Program-made: the position numbers and the translations under genes
Virus record (IMG/VR): IMGVR_UViG_2617270876_000003
Span: 64,001-128,000 of that record
DNA from: a virus
Lineage: Duplodnaviria > Caudoviricetes
Reading direction: 5' to 3' (one strand)
Length of the DNA: 64,000 bases
The notes under the pieces: generated by a model
Database searches by the model: none
The model's input: only the letters and a program-made list of their open reading frames with translations
Told to the model about the DNA's origin: nothing
In this document: in pieces, positions 39,379 through 50,163 of the stretch
How the letters are laid out: each line of letters starts with the position of its first letter
Position numbering within the stretch: the stretch's first letter is position 1

Positions 39379-39638
39379 AATAACTGACACAACACTCATC
39401 TCCTCATGAAATATTCATTTCGTAGTCATCTAAACGGTTCTTTTAATGAATTTTCCACACCAGTACCAATCACCATTATGAAGAGAAAGCGTCTCTTTAA
39501 TTTGGCCGCTACACTCCCAGCCTTCTGACTCCATCTTCTTCACATGACTGTCTCTTTCTTCTTTGGAGTCATATTGAAATGTAGCATTTGTGTATTCAGA
39601 CAATATTTTCATTAATCTCAACCTCCGCATTGTACAAA

Positions 39639-39896
39639 TTAATTAATCTCTTTCCTTATCTCTTTCCCTTCCTTTGTTACAGCTCCCATTCTTATGTATA
39701 CATCAATATTTCGTGGAACCTTAAACTCATCTCTGTCAAACACTGGAGTAATTTCACCGTGTTCACCTGAAATCGATCCTCCTCCAACATGAAACCATCT
39801 ACCGTCATAGTCTCGAATAAACCCCCAGCGTCCAAGATAAAGAGAGTCTTTGCTTGTTATTTTAACAAGTTTACCGATTAAGTTTTCAGGCTTCAT
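39639..39896 (-). CDS. small SH3/KOW-like hypothetical protein
   Basis: LIGKLVKI......G.WG.I...DG..F.V. Confidence 0.65.
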   Translation of the reverse strand: MKPENLIGKLVKITSKDSLYLGRWGFIRDYDGRWFHVGGGSISGEHGEITPVFDRDEFKVPRNIDVYIRMGAVTKEGKEIRKEIN

Positions 39897-39910
39897 AATT
39901 CCCCTCCAAG

Positions 39911-40321
39911 CTATAAAGATTGAAAACGTTCAGTATCGATTCTTGTTAAACGTTCCTTGTTCAGATTATCGTAAATTTTCAAAAGACGATTATCAGAAAT
40001 TAGATTCCTCCCAAGTTGAAATGCTCTCGCTTCAAATTCAAATTTGTTTTCTATATATGACTTAGAATTAAACTTTTCAATTAATTCAGAGTTGTTCTTA
40101 AAGTCTAGATAGTGTCCAAATTCGTGATAAGCAATGCACATAAAAGTATCTTTTAGAAGATAGCCAAATCTTCCACTGATCCCCAGTACTTGACCAATAT
40201 TAAAGTGTATAGAATTGGATTTAGGTCTATAAACCATAGGTTTGTATAATTCCTCATCTTTCACAATCAAGCAATCAAAGTCATTGCTATTGACAATCTC
40301 GTTCAGCAAATCTTCCCACAT
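39911..40321 (-). CDS. HExxH zinc-metallopeptidase-like protein
   Basis: CIAYHEFGHYLD...EARAF. Confidence 0.7.
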   Translation of the reverse strand: MWEDLLNEIVNSNDFDCLIVKDEELYKPMVYRPKSNSIHFNIGQVLGISGRFGYLLKDTFMCIAYHEFGHYLDFKNNSELIEKFNSKSYIENKFEFEARAFQLGRNLISDNRLLKIYDNLNKERLTRIDTERFQSL

Positions 40322-40349
40322 ATTATTAGCTCCTTATCAAAGGATCATT

Positions 40350-40904
40350 TCACGCATTACCTTGATATTCTCCATAATACTTTTTTCTCATTTCGGCGGC
40401 AAATTCCCCAGCCTCATGGACATCCTCAAAAGTTCCAAGGATAGTATTTCTCTTGTTGATTTGTAGTTGAACAGACCACTTTTTAAGCTCTTTATTCCAT
40501 GACACATTTCTATAACCAGATTTATTATTTTTATTCTTTGTTGTTCTATTCATTAAGTTTTTATCTTGTGAAGTGACTCTCAAGTTATCTTCACAGTTAT
40601 TTAACTCGTTATTATCCTCGTGGTCTACAACTTCTCCCTCCTTAATCGGTTTGATAAAATGATGCATATAAATCATTTCATATCTTGGCTTTCCATCAAC
40701 AACTCCTTTATAAACGGAGCATCGCGCATAGTAAGTGTTGTTTACTTTATTCCAATATGTATGCCAAGAATGCCCCAAATCTAAAAATTTTTGAAGATTT
40801 TTTAAATCAATGTAACACTCCATTGTCTCTTTTAGTCTGTTCTTTAAATAAATGATTACCCTATCACCATCAATAACATATTTATTAAATTTCTTTTTAG
40901 CCAT
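40350..40904 (-). CDS. HNH/AP2 homing-endonuclease-like protein
   Basis: MHHFI...VVDHEDNNELNNCEDNLR, then SGYRNVSW....KW........LGTF....EA. Confidence 0.88.
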   Translation of the reverse strand: MAKKKFNKYVIDGDRVIIYLKNRLKETMECYIDLKNLQKFLDLGHSWHTYWNKVNNTYYARCSVYKGVVDGKPRYEMIYMHHFIKPIKEGEVVDHEDNNELNNCEDNLRVTSQDKNLMNRTTKNKNNKSGYRNVSWNKELKKWSVQLQINKRNTILGTFEDVHEAGEFAAEMRKKYYGEYQGNA

Positions 40905-41156
40905 ACCCTTATTTACATTTCTCCTTTTAGATAATGTGATAAAAACATAATTTCATCTTAAGCAACTTCTTTCGTATGAATCATGATAATCCCTTTATCA
41001 CTCTTACACATTTCAATAAATAGCTTCATATCTCCTTCTTTTTCAAATTTGTATCGATTTACACTTAATTTACCGCAGATTTTTTCAATAATTGATACTT
41101 CAAACATTTTATGTGCCACCCTCTTGCTATGTATATTGTTCCTTTGTCTTGTATTA

Positions 41157-41201
41157 ATTATAACACATATAATTATTCATGTCTATTTATTTTTACTTTA
41201 T
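41157..41201 (-). promoter_or_regulatory. promoter with ATAAAGTAAAAATA box
   Basis: ATAAAGTAAAAATAAA-TAGACA-17 bp-TATAAT with extended TG. Confidence 0.8.
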
Positions 41202-41254
41202 AAATCTCAAATAAGAAAAGTGTCGTAGATAAAATCTCAACACTTTTCAGTCTA

Positions 41255-41503
41255 TTAATATTTACTTTTAGATGAGAAATAGAATATGCCTACTGAAACA
41301 ATAATGCAAATAGCAACTAATGGGAAGCTAACAAGATGATTGAATAACCAATTTGCGAAACCTTGTTGAAGCGACATGTCTACTTGTCCACCCAAAAACT
41401 CTTGCTTTTCAGGAGTTGTTACTTTTAATCCGTAGATGATCAAGCAAATTAATGGATAAACCAAAGCCAATGCTCCCAGTGCAATCTTCTGATCACGTTT
41501 CAT
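41255..41503 (-). CDS. two-TM membrane protein
   Basis: AAAGGAGG RBS before MKRDQK, two hydrophobic helices and a downstream hairpin. Confidence 0.7.
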   Translation of the reverse strand: MKRDQKIALGALALVYPLICLIIYGLKVTTPEKQEFLGGQVDMSLQQGFANWLFNHLVSFPLVAICIIVSVGIFYFSSKSKY

Positions 41504-41630
41504 ATTCACCCTCCTTTCATCTATATATTGTATTGCTCGAATCAATCATAACACTATATATAGATTTTGGAAATATTTTTAATTATGACTAAAGGAAATT
41601 AATCTTTCACCGAAAAGAGTAGCCCTTCGG

Positions 41631-41849
41631 CTACTCCTCTTTTATCATCTTGTTCCAAGCGTCTTCAACAGCTTCGGCTTGAGTCATAAAAGAGTCAGAT
41701 ACAGATCTCTTTTTAGTCTCAAAATCTTCAAGATAACACTTAAACATTCCAACGGTTTTTAGAAATACTATGTACTCACGTCCATCCAATTCCATTATTG
41801 AAATCTGTACCTTGTTATTGTGTATTTGAGAATCGTTTATCATCAACAT
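41631..41849 (-). CDS. hypothetical protein
   Basis: 72 aa with RBS. Confidence 0.65.
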   Translation of the reverse strand: MLMINDSQIHNNKVQISIMELDGREYIVFLKTVGMFKCYLEDFETKKRSVSDSFMTQAEAVEDAWNKMIKEE

Positions 41850-41929
41850 ATGATCACTCCTTAATACAATTATATTTTAATATATCATGAATACAGTGTT
41901 AAATGAAACATCTTAATAAACTCAGACTT

Positions 41930-42139
41930 TCATGCTAATTCAATTTGAAGAACATACATATCTGGTTCCATACCACTTTCATTTTTGCCACTATGATTTA
42001 TGAATCTAGAAACAACTTTGAATTTTACGATGCTCATTTTAAAAGTCAATAATACAAAGTCTCCTGTAGCTGGAATGTTCTTAGCTGTCACTAGTTGAAA
42101 TAGATCAAGCGAATCACATGCATAGATAAACTTGTTCAT
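41930..42139 (-). CDS. hypothetical protein
   Basis: 69 aa, bounded by sites 41916 and 42162. Confidence 0.7.
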   Translation of the reverse strand: MNKFIYACDSLDLFQLVTAKNIPATGDFVLLTFKMSIVKFKVVSRFINHSGKNESGMEPDMYVLQIELA

Positions 42140-43220
42140 GCTATTTCTCCTTTTTATCTGACTAAAATCATTCTTTTATGTTAAGCTCATCTTGACTTAC
42201 CCATATTCTATTCCCATCATCACCCGTAATAAGATATTGCATTCTTTGCTCAATAATCTCGTATTTGTCTCCAGCAGGAAAGTATCCAATATAATTTTCC
42301 TGACTTACTTTAAGAATCGCGCTCTTTCCAATTTTCATAACTTTCATAAAAATTCCTCCTGTTTTTGTATTTTAATTTTAACGGAATTCGTTTCATCTAG
42401 ACTAATGCCTTGCCATATCCCTAAAAACCGCTGCAATATCCTCATCATTAATGATCCCTATACTTCCATCAGATTGCAGAATTATTGCTTGTTTCTGATT
42501 TGGATCGTAACCTAAACCGTATCGCTCTGCTGCGGCTTTAATAATTTGTTGAATATCCTTCTCCATTCTAATCACTCCATTATAATATGCATTTCTATTT
42601 GTTTAAAATTCAACTTTCATGAGGCCTGGCTTCATCATTGTTAGTATACATCTTATTAATCATATCGCTTAATCTATTTATAATTCCTGAGTCCCTGCCT
42701 GTTACAGTCTCGATTCCCATAATATAAAACGCCGTATCGTGCAAAAGATCTGTTAACTTCATTTTCAATTCTTCATCCATATAAGTCTCTCCTTTTAAAA
42801 TAACTGTTTCATTCAAATGTATTTACAGTTTTGCTTATACATCTAACGAACAAATTGCTGCCCTCTCTTTTATAAACGAAATAGCTTTTATTTTTAAATA
42901 CAATGCAGTCACTTTCATAAATTTGAATATTCGACTTTACAGTAAATTCTTCTTCATCGTGGATCAATACTTTGTAGTTATTCATAATAACTCTCCTTTT
43001 CTTTGTAAAATCCTGCTTTCTTGGAATTATTAGTTATTATCAAGATCAACTAAATGTTCCCATGCATACGGTGTAATACAGGTCGCTTCTTCCTCGTTAT
43101 AGCAGACTATATCTTTGCCGAATTTATAGTGTGATTCTTTCTTTGTATCAATCTCTTTCCCACAGTAAGCACATTTAACTTTTGCCATTTTATACGCCTC
43201 CTCTTAAAATACTGTTTTGA

Positions 43221-43406
43221 TTAAGAAACTGATTTTAATTGACCAATCGAAAACCTAGCTGTTTTACCTACCGATTTATCTCCCTTAATCATTTCAGTTA
43301 TTTTCACATCCACTTTTGCTGATTTAAATAGGTGTCCAACAACACATCCTTTATAATGCTGTCTTGACGTTTCAATTTCTACTGTCATTCCTACCATTGA
43401 TTTCAT
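43221..43406 (-). CDS. small SH3-like hypothetical protein
   Basis: 61 aa, bounded by sites 43204 and 43444. Confidence 0.65.
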   Translation of the reverse strand: MKSMVGMTVEIETSRQHYKGCVVGHLFKSAKVDVKITEMIKGDKSVGKTARFSIGQLKSVS

Positions 43407-43538
43407 TTTAAATAATCCTCCACTATTTCAATTTCGTTTCAGCATGAAATCGTTGTTTCCTTAAGAATTTTAATATGTTTTTCGTTATTTTTTCTTAATA
43501 ATATTAAATCACCAAATCATTAATTAGTCCATTTATTT

Positions 43539-43742
43539 TCACTTTATAAATTCTTGGCTTGATCTCTCTGTACCATCTTTTATCTTCTGTCGTTTCCTAT
43601 ATTGTATAGTAAATACATTGATTCCCTGATCATATTGGCACTTATAACAAGTTGTGGGAAGCCCTCGACATTCACAGTAATGTGCTGCTGCTTGTGTTGT
43701 GGGGCTTCCACAATGATAACAGATGGGCTTATTATAGGGCAT
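43539..43742 (-). CDS. small Cys-rich protein
   Basis: CYHC...CEC...CYKC. Confidence 0.55.
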   Translation of the reverse strand: MPYNKPICYHCGSPTTQAAAHYCECRGLPTTCYKCQYDQGINVFTIQYRKRQKIKDGTERSSQEFIK

Positions 43743-43802
43743 TTATCATCCTCATTATAATGGTAAAACAGCTATACTGTTTTAATCCACTTCACCATAA
43801 TA

Positions 43803-44816
43803 TTATTTGATACTTACACAGCCATGCTTATCAGTGATAAACCTTATTCCCTCTTCCAATTCCTTATTTTTAGTTCCGGTTGATTCATCTGTGAGAAGAA
43901 TTCTTCGTAAGGAATTTAAATCATTTATAAGTACTTGATTATCTTTTTTATATTTTTCCAACAATTTATTTTTTCTTTTAATTAATCCTTCTTGTTCAAT
44001 AATGGTGATTCTATTATTATTGACTTCCACCTCAAGACGGTTAACTTTTCCGTTTAATTCACTAACAATATTAAGTTGTTTAGAAATATTGCTTAATTTA
44101 TCATTAATGCTAATAAGCTCATCTTTATTTGATTCATAATTTTTGAAATTACCGTGGAAGCATTCATTATTTTCCTGCTGAAGCATTAAACCATTCTCAA
44201 CAATGAATTGGTTCAGTGAGCCATGTCTCTTGGTAATATAATGAACTTTTTGATATACATTATTTGGATTTCTATTCAACTCTTTTGCTGCATTTTTTAT
44301 CGCAGCCATTTTATTAATTCCAGTGTTTTCCTGGATATTCAATATTTTATTTAATAAGACTAAATCGGAATCTGCCCAAGCACCAGTAACAACCTCCTTT
44401 GACTCTTGAGAAGATTGCTCTTCAATATTTAATAAATAGTTTCTAACCTTGACTGAAACTTCACTATCTCGTAAAAGCATACCGATACGTAAAATTGCAC
44501 GTTTGGGCAATAATTTCACTACAAATTGCGAATTCGGTAGGGCTTTCTTCAACTTGAAGAAAGCTTCATCCTTACTGGTAATCGTATTTACACCATCACT
44601 TTCAAATTCATTTTTATGGCGGTTTAGAATAGTTGCAATAGTTTTATAATCAACCTCATAAAACTCTGCTGCCATTTTGACTGTCATATGTTCTTCATCG
44701 GGTAACAAACTTAACATCTTGACTTTTGATAAAACCCCTATTTTCTCTATGTATTGATCCCTAATACTTTTATCTTCAACAAAATTTTGCTCTACTAAAC
44801 TCAATACTGCTCCCAT
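43803..44816 (-). CDS. phage DNA-binding/antirepressor-like protein with a coiled coil
   Basis: KVK.L.LLPD....T..M.A.FYEV......R...E...DG...RAILRIGMLLRDSEV...VR.YLLN.E N-terminal domain. Confidence 0.78.
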   Translation of the reverse strand: MGAVLSLVEQNFVEDKSIRDQYIEKIGVLSKVKMLSLLPDEEHMTVKMAAEFYEVDYKTIATILNRHKNEFESDGVNTITSKDEAFFKLKKALPNSQFVVKLLPKRAILRIGMLLRDSEVSVKVRNYLLNIEEQSSQESKEVVTGAWADSDLVLLNKILNIQENTGINKMAAIKNAAKELNRNPNNVYQKVHYITKRHGSLNQFIVENGLMLQQENNECFHGNFKNYESNKDELISINDKLSNISKQLNIVSELNGKVNRLEVEVNNNRITIIEQEGLIKRKNKLLEKYKKDNQVLINDLNSLRRILLTDESTGTKNKELEEGIRFITDKHGCVSIK

Positions 44817-44840
44817 TATTGTTTATCTCCTTTTATGTAT

Positions 44841-45020
44841 TTAATTGTTATAAGATTCGATTAATGCTTCAAGTTTTGCAATCTGTGGCTTTTGTAAAGG
44901 CTGTTTGTTGTGAATGAACATCGAAAACAATGAATTTGATATATTTAATTTGTTTGCAATGAATGTTTTTTTAATACCTTTATCTTGTATTAATATTAAG
45001 GTTCTCTCTCTTAGTGTCAT
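44841..45020 (-). CDS. small HTH (Cro-like) regulator
   Basis: LRER......KGIK..FIA.KLNIS.S.FS.F. Confidence 0.75.
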   Translation of the reverse strand: MTLRERTLILIQDKGIKKTFIANKLNISNSLFSMFIHNKQPLQKPQIAKLEALIESYNN

Positions 45021-45233
45021 ACATCCTTCTCCATTCAAATAAATTTCAATAGCTATTTAAAAAAATATTCGTTTATTTACGTCTAAATATAGCTATTTTT
45101 ACTTTTATTCAATTATTACGAAAGTAACATTTCATGCAATGAATATATGATATTTGGAAAGCTGTAAGAAAAGTAATGTAGAACCAATATCATGAGTGAA
45201 TAGAAAGAAAAATTCTGCTTATTCTACCGATTC

Positions 45234-45599
45234 TTAATCATATATTTTTAACTGTCTTTGTAAATATGGTGTTAATTTAAACGGGATATTCCTTCCATTT
45301 ATTTCAGGTTCATTACAAGTTAAATTAATTTCATTAAATACATTATCTTTGTCTGTGTATAATACAATTCTTGCACAACTACCCCAATCAGTAGTTAGAT
45401 AAAAATTAGCAATATGATGAACAGAAACAGGGAAATCATTAATATAAATAAATTTGTTATCGAAATTCATATTTATGCTTTCAATTTCTCTTTCATGGTT
45501 TCCATCTTCGCCAAGCGCATGAACAATAATGCTGGTTCCCTCGTTTAACTTGAGAAAACCAATAATTTCATTTACACCAACATACTTTTCATACATCAT
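45234..45599 (-). CDS. hypothetical protein
   Basis: 121 aa with RBS. Confidence 0.7.
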   Translation of the reverse strand: MMYEKYVGVNEIIGFLKLNEGTSIIVHALGEDGNHEREIESINMNFDNKFIYINDFPVSVHHIANFYLTTDWGSCARIVLYTDKDNVFNEINLTCNEPEINGRNIPFKLTPYLQRQLKIYD

Positions 45600-46005
45600 T
45601 ATCGCTCCTCAACTACTTTATTTAATTATTATAACCAACTTCTGAAGATGTCCCAATACGTTCTCAATTAAATTAAAATTTGATCAAAATATTATTTATA
45701 GTAGGAATCATACAGAACTTTGATTGATTCATCATCCAGATGCTCGATTTTATCCCTAAATGTCTCCCTCAAATCAATCATAAATTCTTCGAAACTGGAC
45801 GTAGTATTTTCTGACTTCAATTCTTTAATATAATTTGTTAAAATTACTAATGGAAAATGATTAAGATTTCCTACTTGAACATGCTTCACGCTTTGCTGTC
45901 TCCAAACTATGTATGTATTCTCTAATCTTGACTATATTATACCATCCCGCCACAACAAACACAATGTATTTAATATTTATTTTTACCTTATACCTTCTCC
46001 CTCGC

Positions 46006-46458
46006 TCATCCTCCCCTTATAATCACTTTCTCACCGTTTGCATTTTTAATGACCGCTTTATAAACTCCTGCTTCCTCTACAATCCCCATTAATTCAGATC
46101 CTTTCGTCCAGAACAAATGATACTCTACTGCCTCGCTAAACGCCACAGGTGCACCCAGAGCACGATACAAACTATCATTTACGATATATTCCCCTGACAT
46201 ATCTTCCTCATAAATCTCAGTCAAAATAAACTTACCTTGTGGAGTGCAAAGCACTTTATTAGGATAGTAATGTCCACAATCAGCAGCCATATTAATAATA
46301 GCCCACGTTGCGATTTCGTAGTTATTACTTGATGCTACAGCCTCCAACTCAGATTCATATATGTATTCATCATAAATTGTGTTCCCTCTGTCTGACAGCC
46401 TATCTGTTGCTACAGCAGCATAGTACAAAGTTAGTTCTGGTAGTTGGTTCATTGTCAT
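46006..46458 (-). CDS. hypothetical protein under a putative SOS promoter
   Basis: AAGGGG RBS before MTMNQLP, with a Cheo-like box in the promoter spacer. Confidence 0.7.
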   Translation of the reverse strand: MTMNQLPELTLYYAAVATDRLSDRGNTIYDEYIYESELEAVASSNNYEIATWAIINMAADCGHYYPNKVLCTPQGKFILTEIYEEDMSGEYIVNDSLYRALGAPVAFSEAVEYHLFWTKGSELMGIVEEAGVYKAVIKNANGEKVIIRGG

Positions 46459-46492
46459 ATCCCCTTTTTTATTTAGTATTTTTATAATAACA

Positions 46493-46506
46493 CAAACAAG
46501 TGTTCG
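46493..46506. promoter_or_regulatory. LexA/DinR-like box
   Basis: Minus strand CGAAC-ACTT-GTTTG, between TTTATA (-35) and TATTAT (-10). Confidence 0.6.
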
Positions 46507-46587
46507 TATAAACCTTATTTCGGGATGAAATAGGGAAGATTTTGGGATGATTATTGTTAATACCACTTTAATATGATAAACTCATAT

Positions 46588-46664
46588 TATCCAATTAGGA
46601 TATTATTTTCAAATAGTTTATCCTTATCGGATATTACAAATTGATTATATATCCTAATTGGATA
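46588..46664. promoter_or_regulatory. three TATCC-N5-GGATA operators, 31 bp apart
   Basis: 46588 TATCCAATTAGGATA, 46619 TATCCTTATCGGATA and 46650 TATCCTAATTGGATA, directly upstream of the XRE gene. Confidence 0.8.
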
Positions 46665-46671
46665 AATGTAA

Positions 46672-47217
46672 ATGCTTGGAGGAATCATTTTGGATATTTT
46701 TTCTGCAAGATTAAAATGGGCTAGAGAGAATTTAGATTTATCTCAGAAGGATATAGCTGAAAAAATTGGCATGTCGCCACAAGGATATGGAAAGATTGAG
46801 AATGGACAGCGCGAACCTAATTTGGAGACATTGGCTAAATTACCATCTATTTTGGGTGAAAGTGTTGATTTCTTAATTGGTGTAACCGATCTACACAAAG
46901 AAGCAGAGGAGATAATAAGAGAATTATCAGACACAATAAAAACAATTGATTTTTCACAAAGAAAATTGGCAAATTTAGAATATGAACGTTTAAAACTATC
47001 AAGTGGTTCAAATAATGATAGCTTGCTTCACTTTAAGTTGCGCCAAATAGAAAGGGGAACAGAATATCTTAATACGTATGAAAAACGATTGACTGCAATG
47101 TATGATGAGACAATTATTCAATTATCATTAATTCCCGGTGTTACCAAAGAGAAGGCAATTGAAATTGTTAACAATTTAGAAAATGATATTTTAAATCCAA
47201 GTAATACACAGTTCTAG
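46672..47217 (+). CDS. XRE-family repressor-like protein
   Basis: FSARLKWARE...LSQKDIAEKIGMS.QGYGKIENGQREP.LETL..L...LG.SVDFLIG. The likely start is TTG at 46690, after GGAGG. Confidence 0.9.
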   Translation: MLGGIILDIFSARLKWARENLDLSQKDIAEKIGMSPQGYGKIENGQREPNLETLAKLPSILGESVDFLIGVTDLHKEAEEIIRELSDTIKTIDFSQRKLANLEYERLKLSSGSNNDSLLHFKLRQIERGTEYLNTYEKRLTAMYDETIIQLSLIPGVTKEKAIEIVNNLENDILNPSNTQF

Positions 47218-47230
47218 GTCGTTAATGCAA

Positions 47231-47275
47231 AAAAGAGACGTAAAAGCGGATTTGTCGCTTAAAATCGTCTCTTTT
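47231..47275. terminator. bidirectional terminator
   Basis: AAAAGAGACG...CGTCTCTTTT between convergent genes. Confidence 0.65.
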
Positions 47276-47300
47276 AGCAAATGACTAGCTTTACAAAAAA

Positions 47301-47585
47301 TTAGATAAATTCATCTACATATTCTACCGATATTTTATTCTCTTTGATAATAGTTTCTGCCTCATTCAAATCTATTTTACTATCTGGGTATTGAACAGTA
47401 CTTCCATCAATTTTATTGAATCTTATATATGAGGATATTCGATAGTTTTCTAGCACACCTGATTTATGCCTTTGAGTAACTATCTCAACTTTAGCAATAG
47501 ACTCAATAATAATATCTTGTATACCTTTATAGTTAATGATTGCTTTCCCACCCAAATTTATTGAAGTAAGCCTATAATCGCTCAT
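47301..47585 (-). CDS. hypothetical protein
   Basis: 94 aa with RBS. Confidence 0.7.
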   Translation of the reverse strand: MSDYRLTSINLGGKAIINYKGIQDIIIESIAKVEIVTQRHKSGVLENYRISSYIRFNKIDGSTVQYPDSKIDLNEAETIIKENKISVEYVDEFI

Positions 47586-47679
47586 TATATAACTCTCCTT
47601 CTCATGAATACTGACATCTAATTATAATTACTTTTTTAATAATGTACAATAAGGAAGATAGTATAAATTAAGCATTTTA

Positions 47680-47865
47680 TTAAAATATTAGCAGATCATT
47701 ATTGATAATCCGAATGTAATTTTTGAATTCTCCTTCTATGAATTTTATTCTGCTTGCTTTTATACCCTTATCCAATACTTCAAATTTCGTTCCAGTATCA
47801 ACAACAACTCTTGAATCTGGGTAATCTTTATGTAAAAACAACTCATTTGTTGTTTGGCCTGTCAT
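47680..47865 (-). CDS. hypothetical protein
   Basis: 61 aa, bounded by sites 47663 and 47880. Confidence 0.65.
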   Translation of the reverse strand: MTGQTTNELFLHKDYPDSRVVVDTGTKFEVLDKGIKASRIKFIEGEFKNYIRIINNDLLIF

Positions 47866-47934
47866 TTCGCTTCCTCCTCATGAATCAAGAAATTTATCAA
47901 AAATTATTTTCATCGAATTCAATATTTAATTCAA

Positions 47935-48333
47935 TCAATTTAATGGTCGGCTCCCATAATCTCTTATGTACGCTTCCGGTGTATGCGTTTTTGTTATGCA
48001 TAAAGAATTTATCTTTCGAGCAGACTTCGTGATGGACAGTTCTTTAAGGTAGTCTTCTTCTTTATTCAAACCTTTTGTATGGCAGTACCATCTTGTAAGA
48101 TACTTAACTAATAAATCGTCTAAGCAGAATTCTAATTTGAAATCTGCCAACTCCCTTTTAAACCTTATAACAGAGGTCTTTCCCCAAAAACATATTTCGG
48201 CGTCTCTTCTCATTCCCTTAGTGAATTATATATCACCAGTAAAGCCGATCCCCCATATTTTGTGAGCATAAAAATCGGCTTTACTTTTTAATTTTAAGTT
48301 AAGTAATTCATAATTGATTGAGTTCTTAGCCAT
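47935..48333 (-). pseudogene. 133-codon gene interrupted by an in-frame TAA (48226-48228)
   Basis: MAKNSINYELL...GFTGDI*FTKGMRRDAEICF... is continuous in frame with the tracked 92-aa ORF. Confidence 0.6.
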
Positions 48334-48345
48334 AATCATAAACCT

Positions 48346-48714
48346 CTATTCTTCTTCAATAAAATTTCCCTCATCGTCAAAATCTTCTGAATTGATACTA
48401 TCAATAAAGATTTCTTTAAAGAATTGAATATCATCTTTATTAACAACTACGATTAATGCGTTGTTTTCTATTTTCACATAAATTTTCGCTTCATCAGTGC
48501 TAAAATCATACCCCGCTGTTCCACTTAAACTTTCCAAAACATCAACAGGAGCATAGAGCACAAGTTCATTTTGTGACCAATGATAAACGAGATGCTCTAA
48601 TTCTTCGCTTGTAAGATCGTAATAAGAATCAATATATCCTATTTGTTTGGATAAAAGTTTCTTACCTTCAGTTTGTATAAGGTCCATTTTTTCTTGAATA
48701 TTTTGAATGTTCAT
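48346..48714 (-). CDS. acidic hypothetical protein
   Basis: 122 aa with GGGAGG RBS. Confidence 0.7.
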   Translation of the reverse strand: MNIQNIQEKMDLIQTEGKKLLSKQIGYIDSYYDLTSEELEHLVYHWSQNELVLYAPVDVLESLSGTAGYDFSTDEAKIYVKIENNALIVVVNKDDIQFFKEIFIDSINSEDFDDEGNFIEEE

Positions 48715-48800
48715 TTAAATTCCTCCCGGTATATGTATGGTTTAATTTTACTACATTCTACTAGACAAGTCTGTAAAATCACTCTTTTACTTAGAAATGC

Positions 48801-49043
48801 TTACATCGCTCCATCTAGTTTCAGAAGCCTCACAACTTTATTTACAACAGATTTCGGAATAACATCTTTGTATTCGAGTACCAACATATTCTCCCTCACT
48901 TTATACCCTACACGTTTTCCCAATTCTGTTGTTTTTATATTCCATCTATCTAAAAACAGAATGTCAACAAGCCACTTTTCATCGACTACAATTGTAAAAA
49001 TGGGATCTTCTAAATGCGCACCTCTTTTTGAGCTGAATGGCAT
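48801..49043 (-). CDS. hypothetical protein
   Basis: 80 aa with RBS. Confidence 0.65.
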   Translation of the reverse strand: MPFSSKRGAHLEDPIFTIVVDEKWLVDILFLDRWNIKTTELGKRVGYKVRENMLVLEYKDVIPKSVVNKVVRLLKLDGAM

Positions 49044-49086
49044 AGTTCTCGTCTCCTTATAGAACCCTCATTTAACAACTAACCGA

Positions 49087-49449
49087 TTAATGTACATAGC
49101 GGTATGATTCAAAATCATTAAGACATTCCTCGCATGCTCTACCATTAAAAAGAACATTTCTTTCCTTAATGAAGTCAAATCTTCTTCCGATTACTTTTGA
49201 AACCGATACATATCTTCCACAGCAACGACAATGTTCTTTATAGGCATAAACCTCTTCAAGTTTGGCGTTAGTTACACCTTGTTCCATTACTTCATAAGCA
49301 GACTCTATGCTCTCAAATGTATTATCAATTACCTGTTCCCATCCAGAATCAATTAATGAGAAAAGTTTCTTGTCACTAGTCTTTTCTGCATCCAACACGA
49401 GAGCCACAGCGCCACTTTCATATTCTTTAATAAATCCATAGATGTGCAT
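49087..49449 (-). CDS. hypothetical protein with a Zn ribbon
   Basis: CRCCG...ACEEC. Confidence 0.7.
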   Translation of the reverse strand: MHIYGFIKEYESGAVALVLDAEKTSDKKLFSLIDSGWEQVIDNTFESIESAYEVMEQGVTNAKLEEVYAYKEHCRCCGRYVSVSKVIGRRFDFIKERNVLFNGRACEECLNDFESYRYVH

Positions 49450-49813
49450 CGTTATTCCTCCAAACATGTTATTTGAATCTTAGTATAACATGAAGCTATA
49501 AGAGCTTATAAAATGAGTATTTCTTTTTGTTATCTAACCACCATCAAAGATCCTTTTCCTGCTTCGAATTTATTTTTAAGATATTCACCGTACATCTTTA
49601 CATAATCAAGCTTTTCAAATTCATACATATTTGCACATGAGAACGAATTGTTGAATTCATATTTGAATTCTTCAAAAGACAATCCCGATTCAATTTCATT
49701 CAACGACTCTTGGATTCTTTTGTTCATATTTTTCATTTCAACCGCCTCCTATGTATTACCTTATGAACTAAGTATACATCAGAAGACGGTAATAGTCAAT
49801 ATATTATTTATTT

Positions 49814-50152
49814 TCACTTATTAAAATAACCTTTTACCTCCAAAAAGTTTATCGCTTCTCTTCCGCTGATCTTCTTATAGTCTCCCTCACACACTCCACG
49901 ATTAACACTATAATATCCATAATCGACAGTAAATCCATTGTCATATACAAGCAACATAATAACTTTCTTACCTTTATAAATAAACGGTTTATCTAGACTT
50001 TCAATAACCCGCTGTCTTAATTGTCGTTTTTGTTCAAAGTCACACATCGCATGTACTGCCTGTTTACCAGCAGACCATTCGACTTCTTCGCCAATATTGA
50101 TAGGATCATTACAAAACGGACAAACACTTGTAAATTTTGCTTTGATAATCAT
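49814..50152 (-). CDS. hypothetical protein with a small CxxC...H..C domain
   Basis: AKF.SVCPFCNDPI..GEEV.W......HAMC. Confidence 0.7.
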   Translation of the reverse strand: MIIKAKFTSVCPFCNDPINIGEEVEWSAGKQAVHAMCDFEQKRQLRQRVIESLDKPFIYKGKKVIMLLVYDNGFTVDYGYYSVNRGVCEGDYKKISGREAINFLEVKGYFNK

Positions 50153-50163
50153 GTCTATTATGC

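Noticed and set aside
4557-42566. Possible paralogy between 4557..4751 and the 54-aa ORF starting at about 42566
   Set aside because: The similarity (A...G...........DGS) is too weak to support by eye.
35277-42893. Weak candidate sites at 35277, 38021, 38435, 42580 and 42876
   Set aside because: They are in the expected position but one arm is too degenerate to count without a PWM.
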